Virus record (IMG/VR): IMGVR_UViG_3300033074_000806
Span: 1 to 64,000 of that record
Length of the DNA: 64,000 nt
Direction: 5' to 3' (one strand)
DNA from: a virus
Lineage: Duplodnaviria > Caudoviricetes
Shown: piece by piece, positions 35,802 to 46,031 of the stretch
How positions within the stretch are numbered: the first letter of the stretch is position 1
How the letters are laid out: each line of letters starts with the position of its first letter
Notes under the pieces: model-generated
What the model saw: only the letters and a program-made list of their open reading frames with translations
Databases searched by the model: none
What the model was told of the DNA's origin: nothing
Position numbers and translations under genes: made by a program

Positions 35802-36853
35802 ATGATTTTGGAAATTTTACCGATAAGTATCTAGAAGTTTTTGATCCAAGCTCAAAATCATTAGAACTTAGGTATAAGTCACAAACAGAAGGAAATTTGA
35901 CTATACTTCAGAGCATGGATTTAATTGACACACTATTAAAAAAATATCAGACGGTCTATAAGACTAGCCAGTATGATAAAAATTTGATATTCTTCCCATT
36001 TATGTTTGTTACCCCAAAAGAGGGTGATAAAATTAGAAATGAACACACTGAAGAAATCTATACTGTTGATCAAATAATAAAGAACCCAGAGAACAATCAA
36101 TGGCAGGGCCTTGTAAGATTAGACCTACAAAGTCCTCCTAATAGCTTGGCTGGAGAAAATTTGACACTGATAGATTCTAAGAAATACGTTCGATTTGATC
36201 ATGGCTATAGCCCAGTATCTCCGAACGAAATCACCGCAAATAATTCCGGTGGAGAACGTAATCCACCGCCAATGCATCCAGAAATTACTTGGTTTATACA
36301 GACTAAGGAACCAGCTGCTCTTGGTGGAGCTCCTTTTAGTCCTCGAAAGGACTATAAGTCTCATCTAAGAGATAGAGTAAAGGATCCTGTTGTTGATGGA
36401 TATACCGTAGAAATTTATGGACAATGGTTTGATGTTATAGTTCAGTTTGATATGTGGTATGCTAATAATAGGGCTACTGAAAATCTTACTGACTGGTTTG
36501 AACAATTTATGAGGCATCATACGTGGATGCTAAGGAAGTATGGAGTGAATCAATTGCTTTTTTGGAGGCGGCTAGTTGATGAGACAAAACAACAATGGCG
36601 GCAACCAGTCTGGAAGCGATCGATGCAATACTACTTCCGAACAGAACAGCTTGAAGCTGTTTATCAGCGTGACCTATTGAAGTTGGACGTTAATATTGGA
36701 CTCGCCGAAGGCGGGCGGCTTCCATCTACAGTCGGTAAACGCTACATTGCTGATCAATTAGTGTCTGGCCAGTTATCAGCTAGTGGATATAGGTCTCTAT
36801 TTTACGATCAATCTGGAAACTTCGTATTTGGAAATATTAATATCCTTCAGTAA
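35798..36853 (+). CDS. Neck / tail terminator-like protein
   Basis: Immediately upstream of sheath; GQWFDVIVQFDMW...WFEQFM...YYFRTE. Confidence 0.55.
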   Translation: MNDFGNFTDKYLEVFDPSSKSLELRYKSQTEGNLTILQSMDLIDTLLKKYQTVYKTSQYDKNLIFFPFMFVTPKEGDKIRNEHTEEIYTVDQIIKNPENNQWQGLVRLDLQSPPNSLAGENLTLIDSKKYVRFDHGYSPVSPNEITANNSGGERNPPPMHPEITWFIQTKEPAALGGAPFSPRKDYKSHLRDRVKDPVVDGYTVEIYGQWFDVIVQFDMWYANNRATENLTDWFEQFMRHHTWMLRKYGVNQLLFWRRLVDETKQQWRQPVWKRSMQYYFRTEQLEAVYQRDLLKLDVNIGLAEGGRLPSTVGKRYIADQLVSGQLSASGYRSLFYDQSGNFVFGNINILQ

Positions 36854-36876
36854 ACTAATTTTCGGAGTTTACACAT

Positions 36877-38478
36877 ATGGCGAACAGTGATTTTCTTCCA
36901 TCCGTTGAGCTTACCCTCAACGACCTTGGGCTTAGAATAGCGCCACCACCCGCTGGTCCTAAATTGACTCTATTAGGTATTACTAGTAATACTACTCTAC
37001 CTATACGTGAGCCAATGACGGTCAGCTCAGCTGAAAAAGCAATGAACGCTCTTTATTTCAGCGGTGCATCTGGTCCTACTTTTCCCGGGGAATTAGCTCT
37101 TGCGATCGAAGAGGCAACGGCAGCAGGAGCCCCAAACATTGAAGTAATAATTATCGGGACTTATACTGGTAACCCCTTACTTCAATATATTTGTCCAACT
37201 GGAACTGGCTTACGATATAACGATCTCTCAGGAGCTTATGAGGTTCTTAAGAATAGAGATATAGACGTAGTTGTGCCCGTTGGTGCCTATATCGATGATA
37301 TAAAGACAGGCTTAACTGCTAACACTAACTATGGTGTTCAGTTAGCTAATTTCTTGTATCAATCAACCAAGTCCCAGAACAGCGCAGTTGGTGTAATAGC
37401 TACATCTCCTGTTGTTTACTGGGCAATCCAGCGGTATACAGGGCTATGCCTTGATATAACCGGTGGTGCAGCTAGCAGAGATCCAAGTCTTTTTGCTGAA
37501 ATGACTGGGTTAGCAAACGTAGACGCTTCTGGTTCGATCAGAAATGTTTTCTTCTCGACACCATCGACTACGCTAACCAATGAATGGCTTGCATATCATT
37601 CTTACTACCAGACAGGCTTAACTCCTGCTTCAGTTCTAAGTGGCTATTTTAAGACTTCAGTTTTCAGCGGCGTGTATTACAATACTGCCTACATTTCCTA
37701 TCTACATGGATCATATGACCTATCATTCAATAGATTCGAAAATGCTGCTACCTCAAGTCAATTAGCAGGTGATTATTTTACTTACTGGCAAGCTCGTGGA
37801 TCTGATGGAGCTTTTGCAACTGATGGAAGAGGCGTTAAGGTTGATGCTGGAGCGTATATTAGCGTATTCTGCTCACCAGTTAAAACTGCAACAACTCAAA
37901 CTAGCACTCTTTCAACTGTTTTAGGCGCTTCAATATCCAACTCTTACCATACTACAGCCGGTGCTGCAGCCTATGGTGGGGCGATACTCAGCTTAGCTCC
38001 TCAATCGTCTACTACAAACAAGCCTATTGGTGGATTAATTCCATTGAAGACAATATCAGCTGCTCAAGCTAATATTTTGACAGGGCTAAGACTAGTTACA
38101 ATGTATACTAGATCTAAGGGATTTGTTGTAGCTAGTGGTGTTACTGGAGCTTATAACGTCAATCAATACTTAAGATCTGACTTTGTAAGATTAACTACAG
38201 TAAGAATTGTCCACACCGTGGTAGATCTAATCAGAGCAATAGGTGATAAGTTCCTAGGTGAGCCAAACAACGCTCCTCAAATGAACGCACTTAATGCCGA
38301 GATAGATCAAGTATTACTAAGTATGAAGTCAGCTCAAGCTCTAAATGGATATGACTTCGTTGTATCCTCAACCCCAGAACAACGTGTTCTAGGACAGGCT
38401 GATGTCAGTCTAACTTTAGTTCCAGCTTTTGAAATTACTAAGATCAACTTAACAGTTTCACTTGCTGATTCTATCTAA
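36877..38478 (+). CDS. Tail sheath protein
   Basis: C-terminal SDFVRLTTVRIV...FLGEPN...LTLVPAFEITKINLTV sheath signature. Confidence 0.88.
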   Translation: MANSDFLPSVELTLNDLGLRIAPPPAGPKLTLLGITSNTTLPIREPMTVSSAEKAMNALYFSGASGPTFPGELALAIEEATAAGAPNIEVIIIGTYTGNPLLQYICPTGTGLRYNDLSGAYEVLKNRDIDVVVPVGAYIDDIKTGLTANTNYGVQLANFLYQSTKSQNSAVGVIATSPVVYWAIQRYTGLCLDITGGAASRDPSLFAEMTGLANVDASGSIRNVFFSTPSTTLTNEWLAYHSYYQTGLTPASVLSGYFKTSVFSGVYYNTAYISYLHGSYDLSFNRFENAATSSQLAGDYFTYWQARGSDGAFATDGRGVKVDAGAYISVFCSPVKTATTQTSTLSTVLGASISNSYHTTAGAAAYGGAILSLAPQSSTTNKPIGGLIPLKTISAAQANILTGLRLVTMYTRSKGFVVASGVTGAYNVNQYLRSDFVRLTTVRIVHTVVDLIRAIGDKFLGEPNNAPQMNALNAEIDQVLLSMKSAQALNGYDFVVSSTPEQRVLGQADVSLTLVPAFEITKINLTVSLADSI

Positions 38479-38493
38479 TAGGAGTGATTATTA

Positions 38494-39189
38494 ATGGCTA
38501 GTTCACAAGCTCAAAGAGGAATAGCTCCTTCTGGTGCAGGTAGAAGCGCGGCCTCCTTCCAAAAAACCTATAACTCCTTTTCAGGGGTTGATATGGTTGT
38601 AACGTTTGGAGGTAAAGTTATAGGCGAGTTGCAAGGCCTATCCTATACAATACAACGCGAAAAAGCTCCGATATACACTATGGGTTCAGCTGATGCTAGA
38701 TCTTTCTCTCGTGGAAAGAGAGGTATCGCTGGATCTGTTGTATTCGTAGTTTTGGATCGTTCCGCTCTACTTGAGACCATGAGAGATGTTCCGTATATTG
38801 CTAACAAGTATGATATTCCACTTGGATTTGCAATAAATGATGTAGACATTCCAACTATAGAAATTGGAACAGGTCTAATCGGTTCCGCTAGCGGCTCTGC
38901 AAATATAACTATCTCAAGAATAGTTATAGATAAAGTTCTCGCTAGACCACAATATCTTGACCAGGTTCTACCTTTCGATATAGTCATTACTGCGTCCAAT
39001 GAATATGGAGCATTTGCTAACATGAAAATTCATGGTGTCGAAATTTTGAATACTGGTTCAGGCATGTCTATTGATGATATTACAACAGACGAAGCATGCA
39101 CATTCGTAGCTACTTCTATAACTCCTTGGAGCAACCAAGGATTTATTCGAACCACGAATGGCGGAACTTCAGCTGAGATAATAACCTAA
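38494..39189 (+). CDS. Tail tube protein
   Basis: SFSGVD...GELQGLSYTIQREKAPIYTMG...SRGKRGIAGS...PFDI; follows sheath. Confidence 0.8.
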   Translation: MASSQAQRGIAPSGAGRSAASFQKTYNSFSGVDMVVTFGGKVIGELQGLSYTIQREKAPIYTMGSADARSFSRGKRGIAGSVVFVVLDRSALLETMRDVPYIANKYDIPLGFAINDVDIPTIEIGTGLIGSASGSANITISRIVIDKVLARPQYLDQVLPFDIVITASNEYGAFANMKIHGVEILNTGSGMSIDDITTDEACTFVATSITPWSNQGFIRTTNGGTSAEIIT

Positions 39190-40040
39190 TGGCCAGTAAC
39201 CCAGCGATTATAAAGAATCCAAACCTGCTTCAGCAGCGTCTGAAAGAGGGCACTCTTGGACAAGTCAAAGAATCTTCATACGCTGGGGCTGATATATTAG
39301 CTTATATCAATATTCCACTATTAGATGATCCTACCCAATTATCCTCAAATACACCTAGTGCTAGGATACTTGGTGAAATTCAAACAATCTCGATTTCTTC
39401 TACGAGATCTATATCGCCTGTTAGAACACTTGGGCGATCAAATCCCATTGGGTATACTCGTGGAGGAAGAACCTTTGCTGGCACTCTAGTATTTGCAGCA
39501 TTTGGAAGAGATGTTTTTTCTGATCTATATCGCCCAGACATTGTTGAAAGCTTTATAGATAGCAGCACAAGTCTTTTTGTTGATCAACTCCCACCTTTTT
39601 CTATAATAATTACAGCCTCTAACGAGCTCGGCGGGTTGGCTCAACAGATTATTTCGGGTATTACCCTAGTTAACTATGGTGTCACATACAGTATCGATGA
39701 TATATACACTGAAGTTTCCTACACTTATGTAGCCACTGATGTAACACCGCTATTACCTATTCAAGTTATGAGAGGCCTGGCTAATAGGCCCGCATATAAG
39801 ACTCCCCTAGACATAGGGTTGACAGATCTTCCTAATATTAAAGCATCAGATCGAAATAAATTTGATGGGACCTCTCAACACTTAAAAAGCCCCCAGAATA
39901 TACTACGTAGTTCTGAGGCAATTAATTTAGAACAAGCAAACGGCCTAATACAGGATGAGTTCTTTTGGACTCGTTCTGCTGGTAGAAACACTATACAAAG
40001 AACAGGATCTAGGCAAAGCTTAAGAGATTCACTAAGATAA
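39189..40040 (+). CDS. Tail tube-like paralogue
   Basis: SYAGAD...GEIQTISIS...PVRTLG...TRGGRTFAGT...DQLPPFSI...SIDD, collinear with previous gene. Confidence 0.75.
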   Translation: MASNPAIIKNPNLLQQRLKEGTLGQVKESSYAGADILAYINIPLLDDPTQLSSNTPSARILGEIQTISISSTRSISPVRTLGRSNPIGYTRGGRTFAGTLVFAAFGRDVFSDLYRPDIVESFIDSSTSLFVDQLPPFSIIITASNELGGLAQQIISGITLVNYGVTYSIDDIYTEVSYTYVATDVTPLLPIQVMRGLANRPAYKTPLDIGLTDLPNIKASDRNKFDGTSQHLKSPQNILRSSEAINLEQANGLIQDEFFWTRSAGRNTIQRTGSRQSLRDSLR

Positions 40041-40765
40041 TGTCAAATTATATTATACCTACAGCTAGCACTGTAGCAGTCTTTATTGATGGGATCTATA
40101 TAGATTTGCTCCATAGGCTCGACTATAAAGAAAGCCAACCGAAAATCCCCAGGTATGGCTATAATGATAGATATTTTTCTAATGTAATGAGTGGTCGGCG
40201 CTTAGTTCAGGGGTTCTTAGCGTTAGTATTTGTTGAACCAAATTACTTACTAAGAGTTCTAGAACGTAATAAGGCCCGTCAAGTAAATAATGCAGTAGTC
40301 AATGCAGCTAATAGTCGCATTGAATCATTGCCAAACTACACTACAGATTCTGAAAAACGATCTAGAGCAGAGTATATTGCTAATTTACTATTCCCTCCTG
40401 AGACTTCTGAAGAGCTTGTTTCTGGTGGTGATAAAGGCTTTGAAATGCAATATTCTAAAATACACCAAACGAGCCAGGAGAGTAGAATTTTTTCAGAGAA
40501 ATTGATTAAAAAATTCTCAAGTGGAGAAATTCCTGTAAGTAAAATTACACAAGATGATAGCCATCCCCTAAACAAGGGAGGTGTGGACCTAGATATCTAT
40601 TATCTAGATCCAGAACGTACTACGTGGTATGTCAAATTAGTTAATGTGGAATTTGACGAAATTACACAAACTATTAACAGTTCAGGAGCTGAAGGAAGCT
40701 CTGAGCCATTATATGAAGTATACTCATTTATAGCTAAAGAAAGGAAATTTATAGTAAGAATATGA
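40040..40765 (+). CDS. Third, more divergent tube-like protein
   Basis: VFIDG...PRYGY...GRRLVQG...YSFIAK. Confidence 0.6.
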   Translation: MSNYIIPTASTVAVFIDGIYIDLLHRLDYKESQPKIPRYGYNDRYFSNVMSGRRLVQGFLALVFVEPNYLLRVLERNKARQVNNAVVNAANSRIESLPNYTTDSEKRSRAEYIANLLFPPETSEELVSGGDKGFEMQYSKIHQTSQESRIFSEKLIKKFSSGEIPVSKITQDDSHPLNKGGVDLDIYYLDPERTTWYVKLVNVEFDEITQTINSSGAEGSSEPLYEVYSFIAKERKFIVRI

Positions 40766-41118
40766 AAACTGAAAATTTAGACGCAGAGATTAAGAGGCTA
40801 AAGTCTTTAGGGCAAAGAGTCCAAAAGGCTGATATTGCTGGCATCACCTTTATTTACACATCTTTTTTAAGATCCGACTGGAAGGCCTTTCAAAAGCTTC
40901 TAGCTCAGAGCTCTCAGGAAATAACTGCTAAAGATCCAGACGGGATTGGAGTAAAAGAAGCAGGGGAAGATCTTATTGTATCACACAAACTAATCTCTCC
41001 AACTCCAACACCAGAGTTGATAGCATCACTTGCGCCCGGAGTTATAACAGCACTAGCTGAACTAATACTAAAAGCATCTGGATTTGGTCAAAATGAGCCT
41101 GTAGTAGAAGAACTATAA
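40762..41118 (+). CDS. Tail assembly chaperone
   Basis: Position; PGVITALAELILKASGF. Confidence 0.6.
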   Translation: MKTENLDAEIKRLKSLGQRVQKADIAGITFIYTSFLRSDWKAFQKLLAQSSQEITAKDPDGIGVKEAGEDLIVSHKLISPTPTPELIASLAPGVITALAELILKASGFGQNEPVVEEL

Positions 41119-41128
41119 AGGGTGCCGG

Positions 41129-41761
41129 ATGCGAAGTCCGGAATTAGAACTAGAACTGCTCATGCTCCGTCAAGAACATGAGCATTTGTTTTTTATAGGC
41201 GCTGGAGAATTTGAGTGCATAATACGTCCATTGACGTTGGCCGAGATCAAAATTTTATCATCAACTGGAGCATCTTTAAGAGATGATGATATTAATGATT
41301 GGATAGTCTCTAGATGTTGTCTTTATGCCACTAATGGAAAGCAGAACCTGTTTACTGTGGCACCTGCCGGCGTAGTTGATTTAATCGCAAAAGGCGTAGT
41401 AAGCATATCAAAATTTCAATCTGAAGAAGATGTAATAGAAGGACTTACTAAAGCAAGATCGGTATTAAATAAATTAGAGAATCAAATAATGTTGGTGCTT
41501 TTGTCTACCTTCCGTAACTTAACTCCTAAGGATATAGATGATATGACATTCTATTCACAGATGAAGCACCTTGCTCTAGCCGAAGCTATTTCTGGTAAGC
41601 CACTTCCAATAGGTCAGAAAGTAAAGAAAGGTCAGAAACTTCTCTCTCCAGAAGCAGCCGCAATTCTATCTGAAAGCGTTGCTGATAAGCCAGATATAGA
41701 AGGTGATAATAAGAGTTTATCACAGTTTTTAACTGGCCGAGAGAGATTAAGTCGTGGCTGA
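41129..41761 (+). CDS. Tail assembly chaperone-like protein
   Basis: IIRPLTLAE...PAGVVDLIA; similar to upstream gene; precedes tape-measure-like genes. Confidence 0.55.
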   Translation: MRSPELELELLMLRQEHEHLFFIGAGEFECIIRPLTLAEIKILSSTGASLRDDDINDWIVSRCCLYATNGKQNLFTVAPAGVVDLIAKGVVSISKFQSEEDVIEGLTKARSVLNKLENQIMLVLLSTFRNLTPKDIDDMTFYSQMKHLALAEAISGKPLPIGQKVKKGQKLLSPEAAAILSESVADKPDIEGDNKSLSQFLTGRERLSRG

Positions 41762-44700
41762 TTCGTTTAATCAAGAAGCGAATAATCAAAAAGCTGAGAA
41801 CTCAGGTATACTTACCTCTATTCTCGCCGGCCTTGGGGTTATAGGCCTAGGTCAAATAATTTATGGTCGCGCAGGAAAAGGAAACTTAATTGCTGACCTA
41901 CTGCACTTTACAGGGAATACTCTACGCGGCAAGGGCATAGATCTAAAGTATGCTGCTAACGCTGGAAAGAGCAGGCCTACTAGTGGAGCATCCGCAGGAG
42001 CTCGCACTGTATTAGATACTAGCATTGATGTTAGAACAGGCGCCTTAAGGTTAGATGATCTAAGTATAGTTAAAGATCTAGTCTATCAGGCTAGGGTTAT
42101 TGGAGCAAGTTCGGCATCAGACCAAAGGAGCGCTTTAACAGAGCTCACTAAAAATGCTATTGCTGCTAGGTATAAACAATCTAACGTAGTATCATTTTTT
42201 GGACAAAAGCTAGAACGATTAACTGTTGGCGAAGTCCTAGCAGATCAAAAAAGATTTCAACAGTCTATAGGCAAAAATAGCTGGGAGGTTATTAGATCAG
42301 CAGAAGAGCGTGGAATAATCAAAAAAGATTATATCCTCGATACTAGAATATTTGCTACATCAAAAGGAATAAGAGATACTAGACTAAAACCACTTGGTAA
42401 GTCAATATTAAAAAATGTAGACTTTCTAGGGCTAAGTTCAGTTGTCAAAGCAGTTACAATTGGAGCTGATCAAAGATTTGGTATTCTTCCTGGTTCTGCT
42501 GGTGGACCACTTAAATTCTTTATTGATGGCGATATATACTCTTTCTCAAGAAGCAAGGAAGGAGTATTAAAGACTAATAAAGTTCCAGGCAAGTTTATAC
42601 TTCGAGATGCAAATGATCCTCTACACGTAGCCACAAGACTAAGATCTGGAGAGGCATATGTAGAAGATCCTAAGCCAACTAATCTATATAATAAACTACA
42701 GTCAGCGCTCGGTATAGGAACAGCGTATCGAAATAGAGACTCACTGTTTACTAGTATATTTATTAATCCAATAAAACGGCTTAGAGCTCTAGAAACTGGT
42801 GAGGGTATACTATATAGAAAGCCGTATAAGAAAACAACTTCGGCTGCGGCTGAAGCTGCTTTTGGAGACATTGCCCCAGAAGCGTTTGGAGCTGATAATT
42901 ATGTAAAAACTGCAGGACAGCAAACACCAAAGCTATCTGAACTTAAATTTTTAGATAGGCTAAAAGTAACATTTGGTGTTCATGATGAACTAGCAATAAT
43001 AAAAGCTAGGTCCTATAGAGAAAAACTTCGATTTAATAAAGTCTTAACCAACACAGATTTAGTTGTTCCACGGCCAACTGGTAGAGTAAAAAATGTTGAT
43101 ACATTCTTTGCTAGTAAGCTCAGTGGTCAGGTCATAGACGCTGCTAACTCATATACTGGCGCTGGTGAAGTTACAAATAGACTTAAGTCAAAATTCTATA
43201 CTGCAAGAGCTGGACTCGGTAATAAAGTCCTTGATTTTACCAATTATGCTATTACAAGACTTAACAGTCTTGCAAGTGGCTCGTTAGCTGGTATTGGTTT
43301 CAAGGTTAGTGGCAGTATAAAAACTAATCTATTTAGATTAGCAGGAATACCGCTTGCCTATGAGGGCATAAAAGAAACGGCCGGCTACTTAGATTATCTA
43401 TCAGAGTCTACTATAGGAGTATCTCCTTTAAAATTATTAGGAGATGCCTATGCTACAGCTAGAGTAGCTCAACAGAAGTTTAGGGAAATAACTGGAATTC
43501 AGCAATTAATGAAAACTGCTGAAGAGGATTTTCCAGGAGCCGTTAATAGCGAACTAGGATTCTTTGGTAGAACTGCTGCTGCACCATTTTTAACTTTCAT
43601 GAAGGGAGTTAAATCTGGATTAGGTGTCAAAAAATCTGGTATACTAGCTGGCGTAATGGAGTTTTTATTTGGAGGCTCTTCTCCAGAACAAACATCAGAA
43701 GAATTAAGTAAAGAGTATTCTGGTATAACAAAGGTTCCAGTTAGACGCGGAGCCCTTTGGGGAATGGGATATCAGCCATTTTTCGGAGGCGATATACAGT
43801 ATTATGACTATAGTTGGTATTACAAAATGCAATCCGACTATAAAACTAAATCACTGTATGGTTCTCGTGAAGAATATTATACAAAGCATGCTAATGTCCT
43901 AGGTATACCACTTCCAACCCCTTCAAACCTATTTGGTATACGTAATTTATTTAATAACTATGCTTTAGAAGAGGCCAACTACTATAGAAGACCATATCAG
44001 GAAACTGCTGGTATGTTCGATGAATTCCCTATTTTTGGGCCTATGCTTTCTGCAACTGTTGGTCAGTTAATAAAACCAACTAAGAAGATGCATGTATCCG
44101 AGCTATACGGATTACCAGCTCAAACTGCTAGCCTAGTAGATAGAACATTGCCACTAAACTCTGCTAAGCGCCTAGGAATTACAGATATACCAGTAACAGA
44201 AATGATGCTACAGGACAGTAGCGATCCATTAGTTAGATTGCAGCAACAAGCAGCAATCGCAACAGAGCCTCTAGGTATCTATCAATTTATCCTTACTTAC
44301 CTAGGAGTTAATTTAAAGTATAATCAAGCCAACGATCCAGCTTCTGCTTCTATAATGGGAAGCGCCGGCAGAGAGCTGTATGACTCTAATCTTGGAGGCT
44401 TCTTTGGCCAAACTGAGTTTATTCGTCGCTTCTTCCCATCAGAAAAGTATTTAGCATCAAAACAGCGGCAATTATATAATCCACTTAGAAACCTAATGCC
44501 AACCTGGTTGCCTGGCATAGGCAGTGAAGAAAAATCTGATCAAGACTACTTTATGGATTTTCTACATGGAGATCCATATGCTAAGCTAGAATCTGGCGAC
44601 TCTCGATTACCTGGAGTGGGTTATGAGGCATTAAATCCACTCTACTCTAATATGCCTGGCGTGTATTCAGATGTAGATAGATTTTTGATACTATCAGACG

Positions 44701-46031
44701 TTGCCCCATATAGCACTGCTTATCAAAAATATCTAGCTAAAATTGGGAATCCTGAGAGATATGCTCCGTATTGGCGCGATAAATTAAAAGCAGCAATAAC
44801 TCAAAAGGATACTATTGTTAATCAGTTGTATCAGTATGAAAGAATAAAGCCAGGTATAAATGATTTAAATAGTAAGACTAAAGCTGGCGGATTCTATCAA
44901 ATGCTGCAGAAGGGATGGGATTCGTTAACACACGATGTCTTAGCAGAAATTCCATATTTTGGTAGTAAGTTCGCTCCATTTAGAGATGCTTTAGAAAGAT
45001 ATGAAAAAGAACAGATATATGGAGATAGCTTTGCTGATTGGAATAGACCCTGGGAAACTATAGTTCGGCCAGCTATTTATGATACTGCAAGATCAAATCC
45101 AGTATATGGGGCTGCTAAGGGTGCTATAATCGGCGCCCTAATGAGCAATGCTATTCCAGGAGTAGGCGGTTCATTGTTTAACCCTGTTGTAGGTCTTAGA
45201 AATTCAGCAACTGCTATACCATTCTTTGGAGCTGTTGGCGCAGCTTTAAGCTTAGGTAGATCAGCTATTACCGATCAGCATTTCGTTCCGCCACATAAAC
45301 AAAGCGAAATTGAAGCTCAAGACTATATGGATAGAGTTGTTTACGCAAAGGCTAGATCTTTTGAAATAGCGGCAACAGAGATGGGCGATAAAGAGCTTGC
45401 CAGCGGCTATGCCCGTCTAGCTGGAAAAACACTAGTTGGAGCAACTAGCCAACGTGGAACAAAATCAGCTTTAAACTCCTTTGATAGAAAGTATTTTGAT
45501 ACTTTTGTAAATAGTGAAGAAAGCGGAAGATCGGAATTACTAGCAAGATTGCCACAATATTATGGGCACGCGCTCAATAAAGTCTGGTCTAATGACTATG
45601 GCACAGAGCGTCAGCACGATTTAGAGACATTAGAATACTTTAGCAATAACGCACCACCGTCTACAGATTCATTAATATGGCACCCATCTGTTCCAACTTC
45701 TGCTTTGAAGATTAAAATGATTCAGGGCGGAATTAATGGCGTTAGTGATAACCTACATCGATTTGGATTTTACGAAAGTCAGGGCCTAGAGGCGGCTGAT
45801 AGATTCCCAAATGTCAATTTTATGACTACTAGTAAAATTAGCTCGCCCAATTTTAACTCGCTAAAAAACGATATACAGATTAATTTAAGACGACTAAATC
45901 CATTTGCTAATCCTGAGAATGTAAAGATCAAACAAATACACAATAGCCAATATAATCAAGCTTACGAGATAAGTCAAAAAATTGATAGAAAGCAAGAAAC
46001 CTATAGATACATGAGCGATATAATGAGATGA
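41754..46031 (+). CDS. Large tape-measure / ejection-type virion protein
   Basis: 1425 aa, Gly/Ala-rich hydrophobic patches, position after chaperones. Confidence 0.55.
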   Translation: MADSFNQEANNQKAENSGILTSILAGLGVIGLGQIIYGRAGKGNLIADLLHFTGNTLRGKGIDLKYAANAGKSRPTSGASAGARTVLDTSIDVRTGALRLDDLSIVKDLVYQARVIGASSASDQRSALTELTKNAIAARYKQSNVVSFFGQKLERLTVGEVLADQKRFQQSIGKNSWEVIRSAEERGIIKKDYILDTRIFATSKGIRDTRLKPLGKSILKNVDFLGLSSVVKAVTIGADQRFGILPGSAGGPLKFFIDGDIYSFSRSKEGVLKTNKVPGKFILRDANDPLHVATRLRSGEAYVEDPKPTNLYNKLQSALGIGTAYRNRDSLFTSIFINPIKRLRALETGEGILYRKPYKKTTSAAAEAAFGDIAPEAFGADNYVKTAGQQTPKLSELKFLDRLKVTFGVHDELAIIKARSYREKLRFNKVLTNTDLVVPRPTGRVKNVDTFFASKLSGQVIDAANSYTGAGEVTNRLKSKFYTARAGLGNKVLDFTNYAITRLNSLASGSLAGIGFKVSGSIKTNLFRLAGIPLAYEGIKETAGYLDYLSESTIGVSPLKLLGDAYATARVAQQKFREITGIQQLMKTAEEDFPGAVNSELGFFGRTAAAPFLTFMKGVKSGLGVKKSGILAGVMEFLFGGSSPEQTSEELSKEYSGITKVPVRRGALWGMGYQPFFGGDIQYYDYSWYYKMQSDYKTKSLYGSREEYYTKHANVLGIPLPTPSNLFGIRNLFNNYALEEANYYRRPYQETAGMFDEFPIFGPMLSATVGQLIKPTKKMHVSELYGLPAQTASLVDRTLPLNSAKRLGITDIPVTEMMLQDSSDPLVRLQQQAAIATEPLGIYQFILTYLGVNLKYNQANDPASASIMGSAGRELYDSNLGGFFGQTEFIRRFFPSEKYLASKQRQLYNPLRNLMPTWLPGIGSEEKSDQDYFMDFLHGDPYAKLESGDSRLPGVGYEALNPLYSNMPGVYSDVDRFLILSDVAPYSTAYQKYLAKIGNPERYAPYWRDKLKAAITQKDTIVNQLYQYERIKPGINDLNSKTKAGGFYQMLQKGWDSLTHDVLAEIPYFGSKFAPFRDALERYEKEQIYGDSFADWNRPWETIVRPAIYDTARSNPVYGAAKGAIIGALMSNAIPGVGGSLFNPVVGLRNSATAIPFFGAVGAALSLGRSAITDQHFVPPHKQSEIEAQDYMDRVVYAKARSFEIAATEMGDKELASGYARLAGKTLVGATSQRGTKSALNSFDRKYFDTFVNSEESGRSELLARLPQYYGHALNKVWSNDYGTERQHDLETLEYFSNNAPPSTDSLIWHPSVPTSALKIKMIQGGINGVSDNLHRFGFYESQGLEAADRFPNVNFMTTSKISSPNFNSLKNDIQINLRRLNPFANPENVKIKQIHNSQYNQAYEISQKIDRKQETYRYMSDIMR

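Noticed and set aside
40762-41761. Programmed -1 frameshift between tail chaperones
   Set aside because: No clear XXXYYYZ slippery site at the end of the first gene; the second has its own ATG
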